Assembly (NCBI GenBank): GCA_045535705.1
Contig: JAZSMC010000107.1
Coordinates: 1-34,185, forward strand
Origin: Eubacteriales bacterium
GTDB lineage: Bacteria; Bacillota; Clostridia; Oscillospirales; CAG-272
Reading direction: 5' to 3'
Length of the DNA stretch: 34,185 nucleotides
The translations under genes and the position numbers were made by a program. The notes under the pieces were generated by a model. The model was not told the DNA's origin and did no database searches. It saw only the letters and a list, made by a program, of their open reading frames with translations. Below, piece after piece: positions 1-7,285 of the stretch (the stretch's first letter is position 1; each line of letters starts with the position of its first letter).

Positions 1-45
1 CACGATTTCCAGTCGTGCGCCTTAGACCAGCTCAGCCATCTCTCC
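1..45 (-). tRNA. tRNA-Ser(GGA), 5' portion only; the gene runs off the left edge of the window
   Basis: Reverse complement of 1-45 reads GGAGAGATGGCTGAGCTGGTCTAAGGCGCACGACTGGAAATCGTG. This gives an acceptor strand, a class-II type D-arm and the anticodon loop CT-GGA-AA. Confidence 0.75.
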
Positions 46-59
46 ATGCCGACCTTGGT

Positions 60-88
60 ATTATACTACTTTTTTACCTGTTTGTCAA
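60..88 (-). promoter_or_regulatory. Sigma-A type promoter for the tRNA-Ser gene
   Basis: Minus strand reads TTGACA (88-83), a 17-nt spacer, then TATAAT (65-60). The -10 box lies 14 nt upstream of the tRNA 5' end. Confidence 0.5.
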
Positions 89-300
89 GAACTTTTGCAA
101 ATTTTTCTCAAATATTTTTTGTTTTAAGCAAAAACGGATGATACTGCGCGCGTATGCGTTCAGAATCTTGTTTGTTACTATTTAAAAACTCAAAAAATTT
201 GTTTCCAAATGGAGTGGGGCTTTTTTATGATAGGTGCCAATGTTCGGCTGCTGTTTTTGTATGAATTGAAATAACATATTGCTTTTTTGGCAGAATTATC

Positions 301-329
301 TTGACATTCTTTGTTTTTTGTGATAAAAT
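301..329 (+). promoter_or_regulatory. Sigma-A type promoter for the 570-2476 operon
   Basis: TTGACA (301-306), 17-nt spacer, TAAAAT (324-329), with TG one nt upstream of the -10 box (TGaTAAAAT). Confidence 0.5.
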
Positions 330-508
330 GAAGAAGCCAAACAAATTTAATAAAGAATTAGGGTATTTTTTCCGTGAGGATAACCATACCTTTTTTCTGT
401 CATACTATTTTTAGAATTTGGTAAAAGCGCAAATTCCACTAAATAGTATGACGGATACTCTAATTCTATTTAAATTTGTTTGGCGACAATCGGAGTTTGC
501 GATTTTCG

Positions 509-544
509 GTGCGTTAACTTCGGTTGGCGCACTTTTTTATTTTA
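509..544 (+). terminator. Intrinsic terminator inside the 5' leader, immediately upstream of the RBS (candidate attenuator)
   Basis: GTGCGTTAAC-TTCG-GTTGGCGCAC stem-loop (two G-T wobbles) followed by TTTTTTATTTT. The RBS AAAGGAGAG starts at 554. Confidence 0.6.
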
Positions 545-569
545 TCAAATTCAAAGGAGAGACAAAAAA

Positions 570-1196
570 ATGAACCAAACACCGCAAACAACAAAAAACG
601 AACAAGCCACGAAAAACACCACGAAGTATCTGATTTATCTCACTATCGGTTTGCTGATGATCAATTTTATATTGATATTCTTACCGTTTGTTAAGGTATA
701 TCAACCGTCGTACAGTAAAACCGTATTAGGTGTTACGAAATACGAAGGCTGGTATACCCAATCAGCTCCAATGGTGATGTTTATTTTCCCGATCTTTTTG
801 ACAGGCATCCCGTATCTTTGTTCTATGATCTCGGTTTCAAATGAATTTACAAAGAAAAACAATAAAAATAGTTTTTTCAAAATCAAGAACAATACCTTAA
901 CCAAGCCGATTCGGTTTTTCTGGCTGAAATTTGCGTCGATTCTCAATCTGATCATGATGTGGTATGCCTTTTCTAATTCTCTGGATCAAGTTGCACCCTA
1001 TATGGACCACGGGGCATACTGCCATATAACCTTCTGGGGTGTGCTGAATATAATCTGCACGATAGGATTTATCGTTTGTTTATTCGTTTTATCACGCCAA
1101 ACAAAATCTATGTTTACATTGGTTAATAAAGGTCAGCTCGAAACAACGGAAACTCAACAAACGAATGAAATCGAAACAAAGGAGAATGTGCAATGA
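570..1196 (+). CDS. Hypothetical integral membrane protein (208 aa, about 4 predicted TM segments)
   Basis: Internal ATG at 570 sits 8 nt after AAAGGAGAG, in frame with track ORF 480..1196. Hydrophobic stretches are LIYLTIGLLMINFILIFLPF, MVMFIFPIFLTGIPYL, FFWLKFASILNLIMMWYAF and FWGVLNIICTIGFIVCLFVL. The stop overlaps the next gene (ATGA). Confidence 0.7.
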   Translation: MNQTPQTTKNEQATKNTTKYLIYLTIGLLMINFILIFLPFVKVYQPSYSKTVLGVTKYEGWYTQSAPMVMFIFPIFLTGIPYLCSMISVSNEFTKKNNKNSFFKIKNNTLTKPIRFFWLKFASILNLIMMWYAFSNSLDQVAPYMDHGAYCHITFWGVLNIICTIGFIVCLFVLSRQTKSMFTLVNKGQLETTETQQTNEIETKENVQ

Positions 1197-2476
1197 AAAG
1201 AATTTTAGCTTTATTTTTAGTTATTATAATGGTATTGACTTGTTTTGCTTCGTGCAAAAAATATGATGAAGAACCCCAAGTTCCGCCCACGGATGAGGAG
1301 CTGATTGCTGAACGAATCGATACGTTTTTAACGGCATACAATTCGGGAGATATGGAAGGTGTGCTTGGATGCCTTGACGCAAAAACACGGAACGCCTTCC
1401 AAGCAATGATGAATTTGCTCGGCGGAATTGCCGGAGCAGGGGCAGGCTTTAACATCGATTTGTCGGATCTGTTCAGCTTGGGAGTCAGCATGACTTCGGA
1501 CGATTTTATGAAACTTGAGATCACGGAGATCAATGTGATCGATAGCTCAAGTACAATCGCAACTACAGTCATGAACTTAATGGGTTCCGGAACACAGACG
1601 ATCTACTTTGAAATGGTTTATGAAAATGACGGTTGGTATATCCACGATATGACTGACTGTGCCCCCAGCGGAACAACCAATGCCCAAGGATCTGGAAATA
1701 CCAGTGATTCAAATAACGGTTCCGCCGATGATGCACCCACAGATCTAAACGGTTCGGCTATGAAAACAGAAATTGATCCGTTTGCGGGATTCGAGATTAT
1801 GACCTATGGAATATCCCCATATTGTGAAATAGCAATGAATGTATCAAATTGCAGTACGATCGTTCAGGAACACGTAACGTATTCTCTTGACAAGAATACC
1901 TATTCTAACGGTGATACTGCTGTTGTTACTGCAATTCTGAACCCTTCGGCGAGCAATCAATTTATATTAACAAGTAACCAAAAAACGTTTGAGATCACGG
2001 GGAATTCTGAATTTGTAACCACCTTATCATCCGATGAAATTGCCTTTATAGAAACAGAACTTGCGGATTATGTTGCCGGCAGAGCCGCACAGGATACGGC
2101 AGGACAATTTATATTTGGATATAACGCTAAATATCTTTCATATATTGACAGTGTTACATCTCAAAATTTGTTTTATCTATCAACTTTAAAAAGAATTAAA
2201 TATGATCAATATGAAAATTCTGATTTTTTCAACGCTTACACGCATTTATACAGCGTAAAATACACAACCCGTACAGATTTAACCAATACAATATATGTTG
2301 CAGTTTCTGCGAAAAACATCGTGAGAACATCAGATGGCACCATTAAATGGGGAACGAACAGAATAGGAGCTTATGATTTCACCTGTACGTCAAATGGTAC
2401 TTCTTTGGAAGATTGTATCTCCATAAATGTTATGGGTAACCGATATAATTATGATATTACTCAATTAACCAATTAA
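1193..2476 (+). CDS. Hypothetical lipoprotein (427 aa)
   Basis: Signal peptide with lipobox MKRILALFLVIIMVLTCFASC. The N-terminal region resembles an NTF2/SnoaL-like fold (IDTFLTAYNSGDMEGVLGCLD). Translationally coupled to the upstream membrane protein. Confidence 0.8.
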   Translation: MKRILALFLVIIMVLTCFASCKKYDEEPQVPPTDEELIAERIDTFLTAYNSGDMEGVLGCLDAKTRNAFQAMMNLLGGIAGAGAGFNIDLSDLFSLGVSMTSDDFMKLEITEINVIDSSSTIATTVMNLMGSGTQTIYFEMVYENDGWYIHDMTDCAPSGTTNAQGSGNTSDSNNGSADDAPTDLNGSAMKTEIDPFAGFEIMTYGISPYCEIAMNVSNCSTIVQEHVTYSLDKNTYSNGDTAVVTAILNPSASNQFILTSNQKTFEITGNSEFVTTLSSDEIAFIETELADYVAGRAAQDTAGQFIFGYNAKYLSYIDSVTSQNLFYLSTLKRIKYDQYENSDFFNAYTHLYSVKYTTRTDLTNTIYVAVSAKNIVRTSDGTIKWGTNRIGAYDFTCTSNGTSLEDCISINVMGNRYNYDITQLTN

Positions 2477-2487
2477 AAAAGTCAATT

Positions 2488-2520
2488 CGCCCCGTGATGG
2501 CTAACTGCCATCACGGGGCG
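2488..2520. terminator. Perfect 13-bp hairpin in the convergent intergenic region (possible terminator; no clean U-run)
   Basis: CGCCCCGTGATGG-CTAACTG-CCATCACGGGGCG, 12 nt after the lipoprotein stop codon. Confidence 0.35.
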
Positions 2521-2708
2521 AGTGAATATTTCCATTTTGGGGGAATGAAACTGCATTTCCTTGCTCTCGTCCCCCGTATCAAACCGGCAAAATGCGACTT
2601 TTGTGCAAAAATTGCGGCTAAACACCGCAATTTTCGCCCGCTTCGCAGGCAAAAAACGCAAATTCTGCGCCAATGACATAGCCCCTTTTGTGAAAGGGGC
2701 TATAAATA

Positions 2709-2752
2709 AAGGTATTTTTGGGAAAGCTCTTACGGGAGGTTGGAACCTCACG
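2709..2752 (+). repeat. Island repeat copy 1 (tRNA 3'-half-like), directly downstream of the SGNH gene stop
   Basis: AAGGTATTTTTGGGAAAGCTCTTACGGGAGGTTGGAACCTCACG. Its reverse complement begins CGTGAGGTTC, identical to the T-arm of the tRNA-fMet at 7723-7800. Confidence 0.6.
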
Positions 2753-2761
2753 AAAAGCGTT

Positions 2762-3790
2762 TTATTCTATAACATTACGAATTCTATCGGTGACGATCTC
2801 TGCGATACGAGCCACTCCGTAGATGTTTGGGTGAACCGCATCTGCGGATATGAAAGACGCATTGTCAAGCACGTCAAGCCCGTTTATATACGTCACGTTT
2901 TTATAATTCAGGCGAGAAACGGTTTCCTCAATTATTTTTCTCCAGATCTTCGCTCTGTCATTTTCGTCATCATCTCCCCAATGATAAAAAGGCGAAATAA
3001 CGAATATGGGCTTATCGGAATTTCTTCCCGCTACCTGACGAATGATGTTTTCTGTGCGATTCTTTATCTTTTCTTCTTCCCAGTTCAAAACGTTAATTCC
3101 GAGCTCAAGCGTAGCGATATCCCAGTTGCCCTTTTCACCCTCCGATGCGATATATTCAGCTATAGCGGGCTCAAGAGCGCAGCTCCCCGCCATACCGAGA
3201 TTGCGCGCATCCATGCCGAGATTGTGAGCTAAGAGCGAAACCCAAGTGTGAGATTGATCAATGGAATTCGAGCCGTGCGTGATCGACGAGCCGTAAGAAA
3301 GGAGCTTTTTCTTTGGCACTTGGCTCTCGGTTGGAGGAGCAACGTCGCCTATAACGTCGTAGATTTTATAGCTCCCTCTGTCAAATATGATGCGAACCAC
3401 CTCGCTGTCAAAGCCGTATCCGAATTTTTCGGTGATCTTTTTCAGCGCTTCCGGTTTCGCAGATTTTTTAATGACAAAGTCTTCAATCTCACCTGTCACA
3501 TGGCGATGGATCTCGTGATCCTCCCATCCGCCCTGAATGGCACCGCGGAATACGTGAAACGTACAAAAGGATTGCGGATCGTTATCGTAGGTGCACATTC
3601 TAACTGTTGCAGACTCTCCTTTCATAACGAAGCGTAGCTCAACTCCCGTGGAATTGCAAGCCATAGCTTTTCCCTGATTCGTCTCCATTTCGGCATAAAC
3701 GCAGGACGGAACTCTTCTCCACGAAACACTTCCGTCGTCATGATGAATCAGCTCGGCTGCATTATGTATTTCAAAATTCTTATAAATCAT
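2762..3790 (-). CDS. SGNH/GDSL-family hydrolase with an N-terminal beta-sandwich-like domain (CE2-like esterase architecture)
   Basis: 342 aa. It has a GDSL-type block I (LLSYGSSITHGSNS) and a C-terminal DxxH block (ADAVHPN). GGAGG RBS upstream of the ATG at 3790. Confidence 0.85.
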   Translation of the reverse strand: MIYKNFEIHNAAELIHHDDGSVSWRRVPSCVYAEMETNQGKAMACNSTGVELRFVMKGESATVRMCTYDNDPQSFCTFHVFRGAIQGGWEDHEIHRHVTGEIEDFVIKKSAKPEALKKITEKFGYGFDSEVVRIIFDRGSYKIYDVIGDVAPPTESQVPKKKLLSYGSSITHGSNSIDQSHTWVSLLAHNLGMDARNLGMAGSCALEPAIAEYIASEGEKGNWDIATLELGINVLNWEEEKIKNRTENIIRQVAGRNSDKPIFVISPFYHWGDDDENDRAKIWRKIIEETVSRLNYKNVTYINGLDVLDNASFISADAVHPNIYGVARIAEIVTDRIRNVIE

Positions 3791-3890
3791 CTTGAATATT
3801 TCCTCCGCAAATTTTTATTTATCCATTACGTTTTGATTTTGCAGGCAAAGGATGGTTAGCTAAAACCTTACCACCGTTCACTCTTATATT

Positions 3891-3919
3891 ATTATATCAT
3901 AAAATCTATTACTTTTCAA
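3891..3919 (-). promoter_or_regulatory. Sigma-A type promoter for the SGNH hydrolase gene
   Basis: Minus strand: TTGAAA (3919-3914), 17-nt spacer, TATAAT (3896-3891). Confidence 0.5.
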
Positions 3920-4006
3920 CCCAATATAATAAAAAATTGCTCTTTGCCGTGAAAAAAGTTACATCGAATCTTGACATGATTCAAATGCCCTTGGAACAAG
4001 TCCGAG

Positions 4007-4044
4007 AAGATTTTTGGCTGCCTTATGGGATTTGAACTCTCATG
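4007..4044 (+). repeat. Island repeat copy 2 (tRNA 3'-half-like)
   Basis: AAGATTTTTGGCTGCCTTATGGGATTTGAACTCTCATG, aligning with the copies at 2709, 4424 and (inverted) 7596. Confidence 0.6.
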
Positions 4045-4050
4045 CTCAAT

Positions 4051-4202
4051 CACGGCGTAGCCGTGTATATCACCAAAGCGAAGTTTTGTATATTATCAAG
4101 CCGCAGGTTAGATACACGCTAAAGCGTGATGAGATACAGCCCCGCAGGGGCTGATGATATCCACGACTGTGTCATAATAATATACCAAGCCTGCGGCTTG
4201 AT
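4051..4202. repeat. Tandem mini-hairpin array B: about 7 short G+C-rich hairpins, mostly with C(GNA)G triloops, separated by AT-rich ATATCAC-like linkers
   Basis: Hairpins: CACGGC-GTA-GCCGTG (4051-4065), CAAAGC-GAA-GTTTTG (4074-4088), AAGCC-GCA-GGTT (4098-4109), CACGC-TAAA-GCGTG (4115-4128), CAGCCCC-GCA-GGGGCTG (4137-4153), GAC-TGT-GTC (4165-4173, weak), CAAGCC-TGC-GGCTTG (4186-4200). Linkers: TATATCAC, TATATTATC, AGATAC, GATGAGATAC, GATGATATCC. Confidence 0.55.
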
Positions 4203-4209
4203 AAAAAAC

Positions 4210-4370
4210 GGTGGGATTTTTCATTGCCCTCCCCAGTCGCATAGTCGAAACGGGTGCAAAGCATAGCTTCACACCCGTTTTCTCCTTGCTTTGTGGGGTA
4301 TCGCGGCTACTCCACCCACGCCCTCCTTCGTAGCTCGTGGTGGCAATACAAAATCCCACCTCCGCAACCA
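4210..4370 (+). ncRNA. Candidate structured RNA or tRNA-derived element ending in a tRNA-fMet 3' end with encoded CCA
   Basis: Closing helix GGTGGGATTTT/AAAATCCCACC (4210-4220 with 4350-4360) extends through ATTGCC/GGCAAT (4223-4228 with 4342-4347). An internal 9-bp hairpin is AAACGGGTG/CACCCGTTT (4248-4256 with 4272-4280). The element ends AAATCCCACCTCCGCAACCA and is followed at once by a terminator. Confidence 0.35.
4302..4370 (+). pseudogene. Degenerate tRNA-fMet copy lacking the anticodon arm
   Basis: CGCGG...GTAGCTCGT...AAATCCCACCTCCGCAACCA. It shares the 5' CGCGG, the D-arm block GTAGCTCGT and an exact 20-nt 3' end with the intact tRNA-fMet at 7723-7800, but lies in the opposite orientation. 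Confidence 0.5.
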
Positions 4371-4406
4371 AAAACGAAAGCAGTCCATTGGACTGCTTTC
4401 GTTTTT
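4371..4406. terminator. Bidirectional intrinsic terminator, serving the + strand structured element and the minus-strand RM operon
   Basis: AAAACGAAAGCAGTCC-ATT-GGACTGCTTTCGTTTTT. The G+C-rich stem is flanked by an A-run and a T-run. Confidence 0.7.
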
Positions 4407-4411
4407 GTCAG

Positions 4412-4430
4412 AGGGCTATAAAAAAGATAT
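4412..4430 (+). repeat. 19-nt inverted repeat, left copy (AGGGCTATAAAAAAGATAT)
   Basis: Exact reverse complement of 7700-7718. Confidence 0.85.
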
Positions 4431-4467
4431 TTTCGGGGGAGTACTTACGGGATTTGAACTTCCCGAC
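4424..4467 (+). repeat. Island repeat copy 3 (tRNA 3'-half-like), abutting the specificity-gene stop codon
   Basis: AAGATATTTTCGGGGGAGTACTTACGGGATTTGAACTTCCCGAC. The 18-mer ACTTACGGGATTTGAACT (4443-4460) is the exact reverse complement of 7601-7618. Confidence 0.7.
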
Positions 4468-5478
4468 TTAAAGTCTATCACCATAAGGCAAAGATTTAAT
4501 ATAATTCTCCATAAATTCAAAATCCGGTTTTCCATTTTTGATTGGTAACTTTATTGTGCTCGTTCGCATACTTTCAAGCGCCCATTTTCTTCCATAAGAA
4601 TATCTATATTTTTCTTGACGCAAAACCGTACAGAAAAACAAAGCTATATATTTGTTAAAGAAAACATTGTTTTCTGGACGAAAATATAATACATTTACAT
4701 CATCGGTTGCCCAAAAAGGATTAGGCTGATAAAAAGCTTCTCCAACGGAGCCATTATAACTCAAAGAGATAGTATTTCCCTCGTGTATAGCTTCTTGACC
4801 TATATAATTGGAGACCCCATTATTTGAATCAATAGCCCCTATGTATGGAGTTTCACCGTCAATTTGATCATCCGATGTTAGCCGCTTGCCCTTCTTGATA
4901 TCAAAAATATCACCTAAGCAGAATTCCTCCCACATATCAACCCTAAGAGCAGGCACATCATCTTCAACATTTTGGGTTGCTATCGGCTTATACTTTAAAG
5001 ATTTTATATAACGCTCCATAAAATCCCAATCAGGAGCACCCTCTATTGTTGTAGGTAATTTGATTTTTATTTCGTTGATGTGTGCCCGATATTTTCTTCC
5101 ATAGGAAAATTTGTATTTGTTTTTATCTAAAACAGCAACAATAAATAATGCGTTGATTGAATTCAAGTTTTCATTGTACCCAATAGAAAGAGTTGTAGAT
5201 CCTATAAAATCCTCCTGTATATAATTCGCATATCCAACCGACCCTTCTCCATCGCATATAAAAATTATGCCATTCCCTTTAGAAACAAGTCGTTCGTCTC
5301 TAACAACTTTTTTCATAACTCCATTTTCGTTTTTCTTTGCTCCAATGTAATTAATATCGTTTCCGTCCTCTAAATCACCAGCACATCCACATTTGCAGTT
5401 TTCGATTTTAAATAACCCTAAATGTTGCTCACAGTCACTAATATAAAATTCTTTCCAAGAATCAGTATTAAGATTCAT
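4468..5478 (-). CDS. Restriction-modification specificity subunit (HsdS-like, two target-recognition domains, short spacers; BcgI-B-like)
   Basis: Start chosen at the ATG at 5478 (MNLNTDSWKEF), about 10 nt after AAGGAGG; the track ORF extends to 5517. There are two TRD halves (WKEFYISD... and WEEFCLGDIFDIKKGKRLT...). Each ends in a duplicated block, PDWDFMERYIKSLKY or PDFEFMENYIKSLPY. It overlaps the upstream gene by 11 nt. Confidence 0.85.
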   Translation of the reverse strand: MNLNTDSWKEFYISDCEQHLGLFKIENCKCGCAGDLEDGNDINYIGAKKNENGVMKKVVRDERLVSKGNGIIFICDGEGSVGYANYIQEDFIGSTTLSIGYNENLNSINALFIVAVLDKNKYKFSYGRKYRAHINEIKIKLPTTIEGAPDWDFMERYIKSLKYKPIATQNVEDDVPALRVDMWEEFCLGDIFDIKKGKRLTSDDQIDGETPYIGAIDSNNGVSNYIGQEAIHEGNTISLSYNGSVGEAFYQPNPFWATDDVNVLYFRPENNVFFNKYIALFFCTVLRQEKYRYSYGRKWALESMRTSTIKLPIKNGKPDFEFMENYIKSLPYGDRL

Positions 5479-7285
5479 AAACATGCCCCTCCTTAACGAG
5501 GTAGGCAAGATAATCATTGATTGTTTGCTGAAAATCTTGCTCTGTTAATTTCGAATAATCTGTTTTCATATATGCTTCACAGAGCCATTCGCTTTCGCCT
5601 GTTATTTTATGAGTAGCAGAAAAACCGTCCATGGCACGTCTATTACGATACAATTCAATCCATTGATGTTCTATGTCAACCCATTTGCTCTTACCAGTAA
5701 TTGTGTCAATTTGTTCTACTCGACCAAGGTTTTTCTTTTTCTTAAATCCGTCATCCTTACAATATCCAAAGAATGTATCGGGATTTGAAACATCGTTGTG
5801 TTTAGTTCCAATTTTAAATACCATACAACAAGCAGAAGCACTTGCGCCGGGATAAAAGATTTCATTAGGAAGTGTAAATACGGCATCAAGAGTATTTTCT
5901 GTAAGTATTTCTTTTTTTAGTCTTGAAATTTCTCCACTTGTTCCAATAGCACAAGCAACAGGCAGCAATACCGCCAATTTTGCTTGATGATTTATAGAGT
6001 TAAGTGTATCAGCAATAAATTTTACAAAGTAAAGCCCTTTCGAAGGATCTTCTTTCTTATCTCTAGCCCAAGTCGATACATAAGTTTGTGGCAAGTGTAT
6101 ACGCTGACCATTGTACGGTGGGTTCATCAGTATTACAGAAGGCTTTGCTTCTTTAATCCAATCTGCTAAAGCAAAGCAACTTCCTTGACGAATATTTGAA
6201 TTCCCATCGGAATGAATTAACATATTAGTCGTGGCTAAACCATATACATTTTCATCAAACTCAATACCGAATATTTGATTCTTTTTCACTTTATCTTGTT
6301 CGGCGGCAGTAGCGCAATCATCAAGTGCTTGAGTCATAGCTCGAACAAGGAAAGAACCGCTACCACAGCAAGGGTCAAGCACAACGGAATGTTTGTTAAT
6401 GCCTGTAATTTTTGACATAAAATCGGTAATGTGGTCGGGAGTAAATGCTTGGTTTTTATCAGCCTTGCCAACATACTTATTGAAGGTAACAAAGAACAAA
6501 TTTAACAGATCTTGCCCAGATGTGCTTTTGTCATTTATAAAAGGCAAAATATTATCTTCAATAAATTTGAGGATTTCTCTAAATGCCGCTATAGTAAGTT
6601 GGCGGATATATTGATCTCCCAAAACATTTCTATTCAACAAAGCGAGCTTTTCTGCTTTGTTTATATCCGAATTGAGCAGATCTTCCAAGACCTCTTTTAT
6701 TCTTGCTCGAATTTGTGCCGCAGTTAAAGACGGAGTAGAATACTCAAGCCCATTTTTTAAAGCTAACAAACATGTTCCAACAAATTGGCTACGAAGTTTT
6801 TCAGGAACACTATGACGGTGCAGAAGCTCGTTGAGCTTATATGTATTCTGCATTACTTTCTCTTTGTCGTTGATTTTCGATATATAAAAATCAACGTATT
6901 CTTCCATGGTGCGAAGCGCAGTTTCTTTTGGCATATAATCGCCGTCAGAAACGACACCACGCCAAACTTTTATATTATTGTTTGCGGTATTAGCTAAAAT
7001 AGCTATTGTTTTGTTTCCTGTAAGGGCTTTTTCATATTCTACATAAGCAGACAATTGTTCTTCATCTGATTTTGTAAAGTTGATTTTTGTTTCTATAAGT
7101 ACAGTTACATTATCCTTAACAAAACGAATATCAAGCTTTTCAAATGCACGACCGGCATTATTACGAATAGGAACAAAAGTTAATGATGCCGCAGCAAAAG
7201 CCTTGGGATAGCTATACTCGTCATTCTCTATATTGCTTGTAAGATATGTTCTTCCTACAGCTGTAATTATATCAGCTCTAATCAT
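5468..7285 (-). CDS. Fused PD-(D/E)xK nuclease and N6-adenine DNA methyltransferase (BcgI-A-like Type IIB R/M subunit)
   Basis: 605 aa. The N-terminus has D52-x12-E65-x-K67 (EKLDIRFVKDNVTVLIETK). The gamma-class MTase motifs are AFTPDHI, VLDPCCGSGSF and LMNPPYN. AAGGAG RBS. No hsdR-like gene is nearby. Confidence 0.8.
   Translation of the reverse strand: MIRADIITAVGRTYLTSNIENDEYSYPKAFAAASLTFVPIRNNAGRAFEKLDIRFVKDNVTVLIETKINFTKSDEEQLSAYVEYEKALTGNKTIAILANTANNNIKVWRGVVSDGDYMPKETALRTMEEYVDFYISKINDKEKVMQNTYKLNELLHRHSVPEKLRSQFVGTCLLALKNGLEYSTPSLTAAQIRARIKEVLEDLLNSDINKAEKLALLNRNVLGDQYIRQLTIAAFREILKFIEDNILPFINDKSTSGQDLLNLFFVTFNKYVGKADKNQAFTPDHITDFMSKITGINKHSVVLDPCCGSGSFLVRAMTQALDDCATAAEQDKVKKNQIFGIEFDENVYGLATTNMLIHSDGNSNIRQGSCFALADWIKEAKPSVILMNPPYNGQRIHLPQTYVSTWARDKKEDPSKGLYFVKFIADTLNSINHQAKLAVLLPVACAIGTSGEISRLKKEILTENTLDAVFTLPNEIFYPGASASACCMVFKIGTKHNDVSNPDTFFGYCKDDGFKKKKNLGRVEQIDTITGKSKWVDIEHQWIELYRNRRAMDGFSATHKITGESEWLCEAYMKTDYSKLTEQDFQQTINDYLAYLVKEGHVYES

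Noticed and set aside
448-573. 41-codon upstream ORF ending in an ATGA overlap with the 570 start codon
   Set aside because: There is no Shine-Dalgarno sequence before its ATG, and it lies within leader secondary structure. It is mentioned under the leader finding but not called as a gene.
2521-2700. Recurring GCAAAA(A)TTGCG-like words (GGCAAAATGCGA, GCAAAAATTGCGG, CGCAATTTTCGC, GCAAAAAACGCAAATT) that could be iterons
   Set aside because: The copies are short, degenerate and irregularly spaced, and partly explained by one local hairpin (AAATTGCGG/CCGCAATTT). This is not enough to claim a protein-binding array.
2561-3232. 223-aa plus-strand ORF, and the small ORFs at 2482-2751
   Set aside because: The large ORF is antisense to the SGNH hydrolase gene. 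The small ones lie in the repeat- and hairpin-rich convergent spacer and have no RBS.
4126-4160. CUGAUGA / GUGAUGA strings suggesting a hammerhead ribozyme core
   Set aside because: No matching GAAA element, stem II/III arrangement or cleavage-site context could be assembled.
4051-4202. Possible CRISPR array or REP/BIME cluster
   Set aside because: In CRISPR arrays the palindromic unit is conserved and the spacers vary; here the reverse holds, the units are only 17-26 nt, and no cas genes are present. REP elements have conserved stems, and these stems all differ.
4210-4370. tmRNA, 6S, SRP or RNase P RNA
   Set aside because: None of the hallmark motifs is present: the tmRNA 5' GGGG..UUCGAC with a tag reading frame, the RNase P GAGGAAAGUCC, the SRP domain IV, or the 6S central bubble proportions. 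Only tRNA-fMet-derived segments are recognisable.
2709-4467. Integron attC sites as the identity of the ~40-bp island repeat
   Set aside because: There are no RYYYAAC/GTTRRRY core pairs, no imperfect 60-140-bp palindrome and no intI gene. The repeat is clearly tRNA T-arm-derived instead.
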